A stretch of DNA of 32,000 nt from Phycisphaera mikurensis NBRC 102666 (lineage in GTDB: Bacteria > Planctomycetota > Phycisphaerae > Phycisphaerales > Phycisphaeraceae): assembly GCF_000284115.1 (NCBI RefSeq), contig NC_017080.1:3360001-3392000 (forward strand), given 5' to 3'. The notes beneath the pieces are model-generated. The model saw only the letters and a list, made by a program, of their open reading frames with translations. It was not told the origin of the DNA and ran no database searches. The stretch's first letter is position 1. Every line of letters begins with the position of its first letter. A program made the position numbers and the translations under genes. This document shows, piece after piece, positions 29,001 through 32,000 of this stretch.

Positions 29001-30008
29001 TTGAAGCTCTGCGACGAGGAACTCAAGGAGGGGCACCGGGACACGCTCCGCCGCGGCAACGCCAGCCCGCACCCCGCGGGCGGCTGGCGGCACGACGTGT
29101 ACGTCGTCGTCTTCGAGGCCGACACGCCCGCCGGCAAGGCCTTCGACGTGGGCCTGCTCGTGGCCATCCTCACCAGCGTGGTGGTGGTGCTGCTGGAGTC
29201 GGTGGACGAGGTCCGCGCCGCGTACGGCTTCCCGCTGCGGGTGGCGGAGTGGTTCTTCACGCTGCTGTTCACGGCGGAGTACGCGCTGCGGCTGCTGTGC
29301 GTCCGCCGGCCGGCGCACTACGCCCGCAGCTTCTTCGGGGTGATCGACCTGCTGTCGATCCTGCCGACGTTCCTCTCGCTGGTGATCCCCGGGGCCCAGC
29401 AGCTGCTGACGATCCGGGCGCTCCGCCTGCTGCGGCTGTTCCGCATCTTCAAGCTGACGCGCTTCCTGACCGAAGCCGAGGCGCTCCTGGTCTCGGTGCG
29501 GTCGGCGTGGTCCAAGATCACGGTCTTCATCGCGACGGTGGTGATCCTGGTGGTGATCGTCGGCTCGGCGATGAGCCTGATCGAGGGCAGCGGCGTCTTC
29601 AACCGCGGCCCGCTCACCGATGCGGCCGGCGAGCCGATCGTCGACGACGCCGGCGCCCCGGTGATCGGCGACCGGCCCACGCCGGGCTTCGACTCGATCC
29701 CCAGCAGCATGTACTGGGCGATCGTGACGATGAGCACCGTGGGCTACGGCGACATCGCGCCGGTGACCGTGCCCGGCAAGGCCGTCGCCAGCCTCCTGAT
29801 CCTGATCGGGTACAGCCTCATCATCGTGCCCACGGGCGTGCTCTCGGCCGAGATCGCTGGGAGGCGGCGCGCGGCGGAGGCGGAGGCGGAGGCGGAGATA
29901 TCGCAAGACCCACCGGACGCGTGCCTCCGGTGCGGGAGAACGCTCCCGCCGGACGCCGCGTTCTGCCACGCGTGCGGGCACCCGGTGGTGGAGAAGGGGC
30001 ACGGGTGA
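29001..30008 (+). CDS. Voltage-gated-type potassium channel / ion transport protein with C-terminal zinc ribbon
   Basis: 335 aa (TTG start); S4-like 'LLTIRALRLLRLFRIFKLTRFL', selectivity filter 'TVGYGD', C-terminal CLRCG...CHACG. Confidence 0.88.
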   Translation: MKLCDEELKEGHRDTLRRGNASPHPAGGWRHDVYVVVFEADTPAGKAFDVGLLVAILTSVVVVLLESVDEVRAAYGFPLRVAEWFFTLLFTAEYALRLLCVRRPAHYARSFFGVIDLLSILPTFLSLVIPGAQQLLTIRALRLLRLFRIFKLTRFLTEAEALLVSVRSAWSKITVFIATVVILVVIVGSAMSLIEGSGVFNRGPLTDAAGEPIVDDAGAPVIGDRPTPGFDSIPSSMYWAIVTMSTVGYGDIAPVTVPGKAVASLLILIGYSLIIVPTGVLSAEIAGRRRAAEAEAEAEISQDPPDACLRCGRTLPPDAAFCHACGHPVVEKGHG

Positions 30009-30146
30009 GGCGTCGGGCGGGCCCGGCCGGCCGCGGGCGACGCGGACGCGAGACCGGCTCGGCCCGTTCTCCCGCGGTTCCTACACTCGCCGCCCGCGCG
30101 TGCGGCCGAACCCGATCCTCCGAAGACCTCAGAAGAAGACCTTTTC

Positions 30147-30782
30147 ATGCCGCTGATCCCGATGGTCATCGAAAAGTCCGGGCGTGGCGAACGCGCCTTC
30201 GACATCTACTCGCGCCTGCTCAAGGACCGGATCATCTTCCTGGGTGGCCCGGTGACGGACGACTCGGCGAACCTGATCATCGCTCAGCTGCTCTTCCTCT
30301 CCAACGAGAACGCCGAGGAAGACATCCACTTCTACATCAACTCCCCCGGCGGCAGCGTGTCCGCCGGGCTGGGCGTCTACGACACGATGCAGTTCGTCCG
30401 CCCCAAGATCTGCACCTACTGCATCGGCGTCGCCGCCTCCATGGGGCAGATGCTGCTGATGGCCGGCAGCGAGGGCAAGCGTTTCATGCTGCCCAACAGC
30501 CGCGTGCTCATGCACCAGCCGCTCATGGGCGGCGTGATGCAGGGCCAGGCCACCGACCTGTCGATCCAAGCCAAGGAGATGCTGCGAACCCGCAAGCGGC
30601 TCTTCGAGTTGATGGTCCACCACACGGGGCAGGACTACGAGAAGATCGCCCGCGACTGCGAGCGCGACCTCTGGCTGGACGCCGAGGAAACGGTGGAGTA
30701 CGGCGTGGCCGACACGGTGCTGCAGCACCTGCCGACGGTGAAGCCCAGCGACGACAGCGGCGACGCCCCCGATGAGGACTGA
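30147..30782 (+). CDS. clpP: ATP-dependent Clp protease proteolytic subunit
   Basis: 211 aa; 'RIIFLGGPV', '[20 protein letters not shown]', '[14 protein letters not shown]' (Ser), '[15 protein letters not shown]' (His). Confidence 0.97.
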   Translation: MPLIPMVIEKSGRGERAFDIYSRLLKDRIIFLGGPVTDDSANLIIAQLLFLSNENAEEDIHFYINSPGGSVSAGLGVYDTMQFVRPKICTYCIGVAASMGQMLLMAGSEGKRFMLPNSRVLMHQPLMGGVMQGQATDLSIQAKEMLRTRKRLFELMVHHTGQDYEKIARDCERDLWLDAEETVEYGVADTVLQHLPTVKPSDDSGDAPDED

Positions 30783-31428
30783 GCCAGCCGGCCGCCGGTC
30801 CTCCCTCCGAGTGCCCGCCGCGCTCGCGGTCGGCTCCGCGACGCTGTTCGCCTGGGGCTGCGGCCCGGGCAACTTCGCGAACACGAACGACCGGCTGCGT
30901 CGCGAGAACCTGGAGCTGCAGCAGTCGGTCGACGAGCTGTCGCGGCGGCTCGAACGCGAGGTGCAGGCCCAGGAGGTGCTCCTCGCCCGCGCGTCGGGCG
31001 CCGCGGGCTCCCTCCCCGAGGGCGCCCGCCCGCCGGTGCTCGTCGGGGTGACGATGGACCGCTACGGGGCCGCCGTCGACGAGAACGGCGACGGGCTCGA
31101 CGACCTCGTCCGGCTCTACGTGTACCCGCGGGACCAGCAGGACCGGATGCTGCCCAGCGCCGGGACGCTGACCGCTCGCGTGCTCGACCTCTCCACACCC
31201 GAGCCGACGGTGCTCGGCCGCACGGAGCTGGATCCAGCCGCCTTCGACGCGGCCTACCGCGACGGCTTCACCGGGCCGTACTACCGGGTGGAGGTGCCCC
31301 TGACGGCGCTGGCCGGGCGACCGGCGGGGCAGCGGCCGCGGGAGGTCACGGCGATCGTGTCGCTGGCGCCCGCCGTCGGCGGCCCGGCGCTGACGGCGCA
31401 GCGCGTCTTTGAACTCGACCGCGAGTGA
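30772..31428 (+). CDS. Hypothetical lipoprotein with N-terminal coiled coil
   Basis: 218 aa; lipobox-like 'LFAWGC', then '[36 protein letters not shown]'; overlaps the clpP 3' end by 11 bp. Confidence 0.7.
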   Translation: MRTEPAGRRSSLRVPAALAVGSATLFAWGCGPGNFANTNDRLRRENLELQQSVDELSRRLEREVQAQEVLLARASGAAGSLPEGARPPVLVGVTMDRYGAAVDENGDGLDDLVRLYVYPRDQQDRMLPSAGTLTARVLDLSTPEPTVLGRTELDPAAFDAAYRDGFTGPYYRVEVPLTALAGRPAGQRPREVTAIVSLAPAVGGPALTAQRVFELDRE

Positions 31429-31490
31429 AGCCCGGCGGGCGCGCGGGCTCGCTGGCATCGGGCCCGAGGGATGCCCCGGCGCGGCGGGCC

Positions 31491-32000
31491 TCACCCCGCC
31501 GCCGCGAGGGCGGCGAGGTCCTGCAGGCGGTCGCCGAGGGCGGCGGGAACGACGCGGCAGCGGTCGGCGACGGCGGGCAGCACCTCGGCGGCGAAGGCTG
31601 CGCGGACCTGTCCGATCCACCGCTCGCCCAGCCGGGGGGCGAGGCTGCCGAGCACTATCGCCCCGGGCACGAGCAGGTCGCCGAGGATCGCGGCGGTCCG
31701 GCCGGTCATGCGGGCGTGCAGGGCGAGCGTGGCGAGGGCGTCGGCATCGCCCGCCGCGGCGAGGGCGGAGAGCGCCGGGCCCGCCGGGGCGGGCTGCGTC
31801 CCGCCCGGCCCCCAGCGGGCGGGCGCCGCGGCCGCGGCGACGCCGGGCAGCCCGGCCCCCGCGCACCAGGCCTCCACGCAGCCGCGCTTGCCGAAGGCTT
31901 CGGGGTCGTCGGGGCCGTCCGTAAGCCGCACGTGGCCCAGCTCCGGCGAGCGGCCCCCGGCCCCCACCCAGGCCTCGCCGCGGAGCACGAGCCCCGCCCC
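31491..32000 (-). CDS. ROK-family protein (glucokinase-like), C-terminal part; N-terminus outside window
   Basis: 'LGHVRLTDGPDDPEAFGKRGCVEAWCAG' ROK zinc-motif-like region, 'GAIVLGSLAPRLGERWIGQVRAAF'; frame open to the window edge. Confidence 0.65.
   Translation of the reverse strand, partial: GAGLVLRGEAWVGAGGRSPELGHVRLTDGPDDPEAFGKRGCVEAWCAGAGLPGVAAAAAPARWGPGGTQPAPAGPALSALAAAGDADALATLALHARMTGRTAAILGDLLVPGAIVLGSLAPRLGERWIGQVRAAFAAEVLPAVADRCRVVPAALGDRLQDLAALAAAG

Overview
High-GC (roughly 75%) bacterial chromosomal window. Protein content looks Planctomycetes/Phycisphaerae-like, but that is inference only. I support about 26 coding regions and one tRNA-Gln(CTG). Recognisable genes are a XerC/D-type tyrosine recombinase, rpe, radC-like, murA, ribD, a Ski2-like helicase, nadA, an ion channel and clpP. 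There is no CRISPR array, rRNA, prophage or IS element. The most interesting signal is not a gene. It is a dispersed family of seven 46-bp elements, CCGCGGACCG-N26-CGGTCCGCGG (six perfect, one with a single arm mismatch). Arm spacing is identical in every copy. Copies occur between genes and inside the GT2, deacetylase-like, murA and helicase genes. Two other repeat structures stand out. One is a perfect 21-bp inverted repeat plus 18-bp tandem units that supplies the C-terminal codons and stops of two convergent genes (helicase and nadA). The other is a roughly 174-bp imperfect inverted repeat directly upstream of murA. A GT2 / MMPL transporter / NodB-like pseudoenzyme cluster, with the two catalytic Asp replaced by Trp-Trp, is also worth a look.
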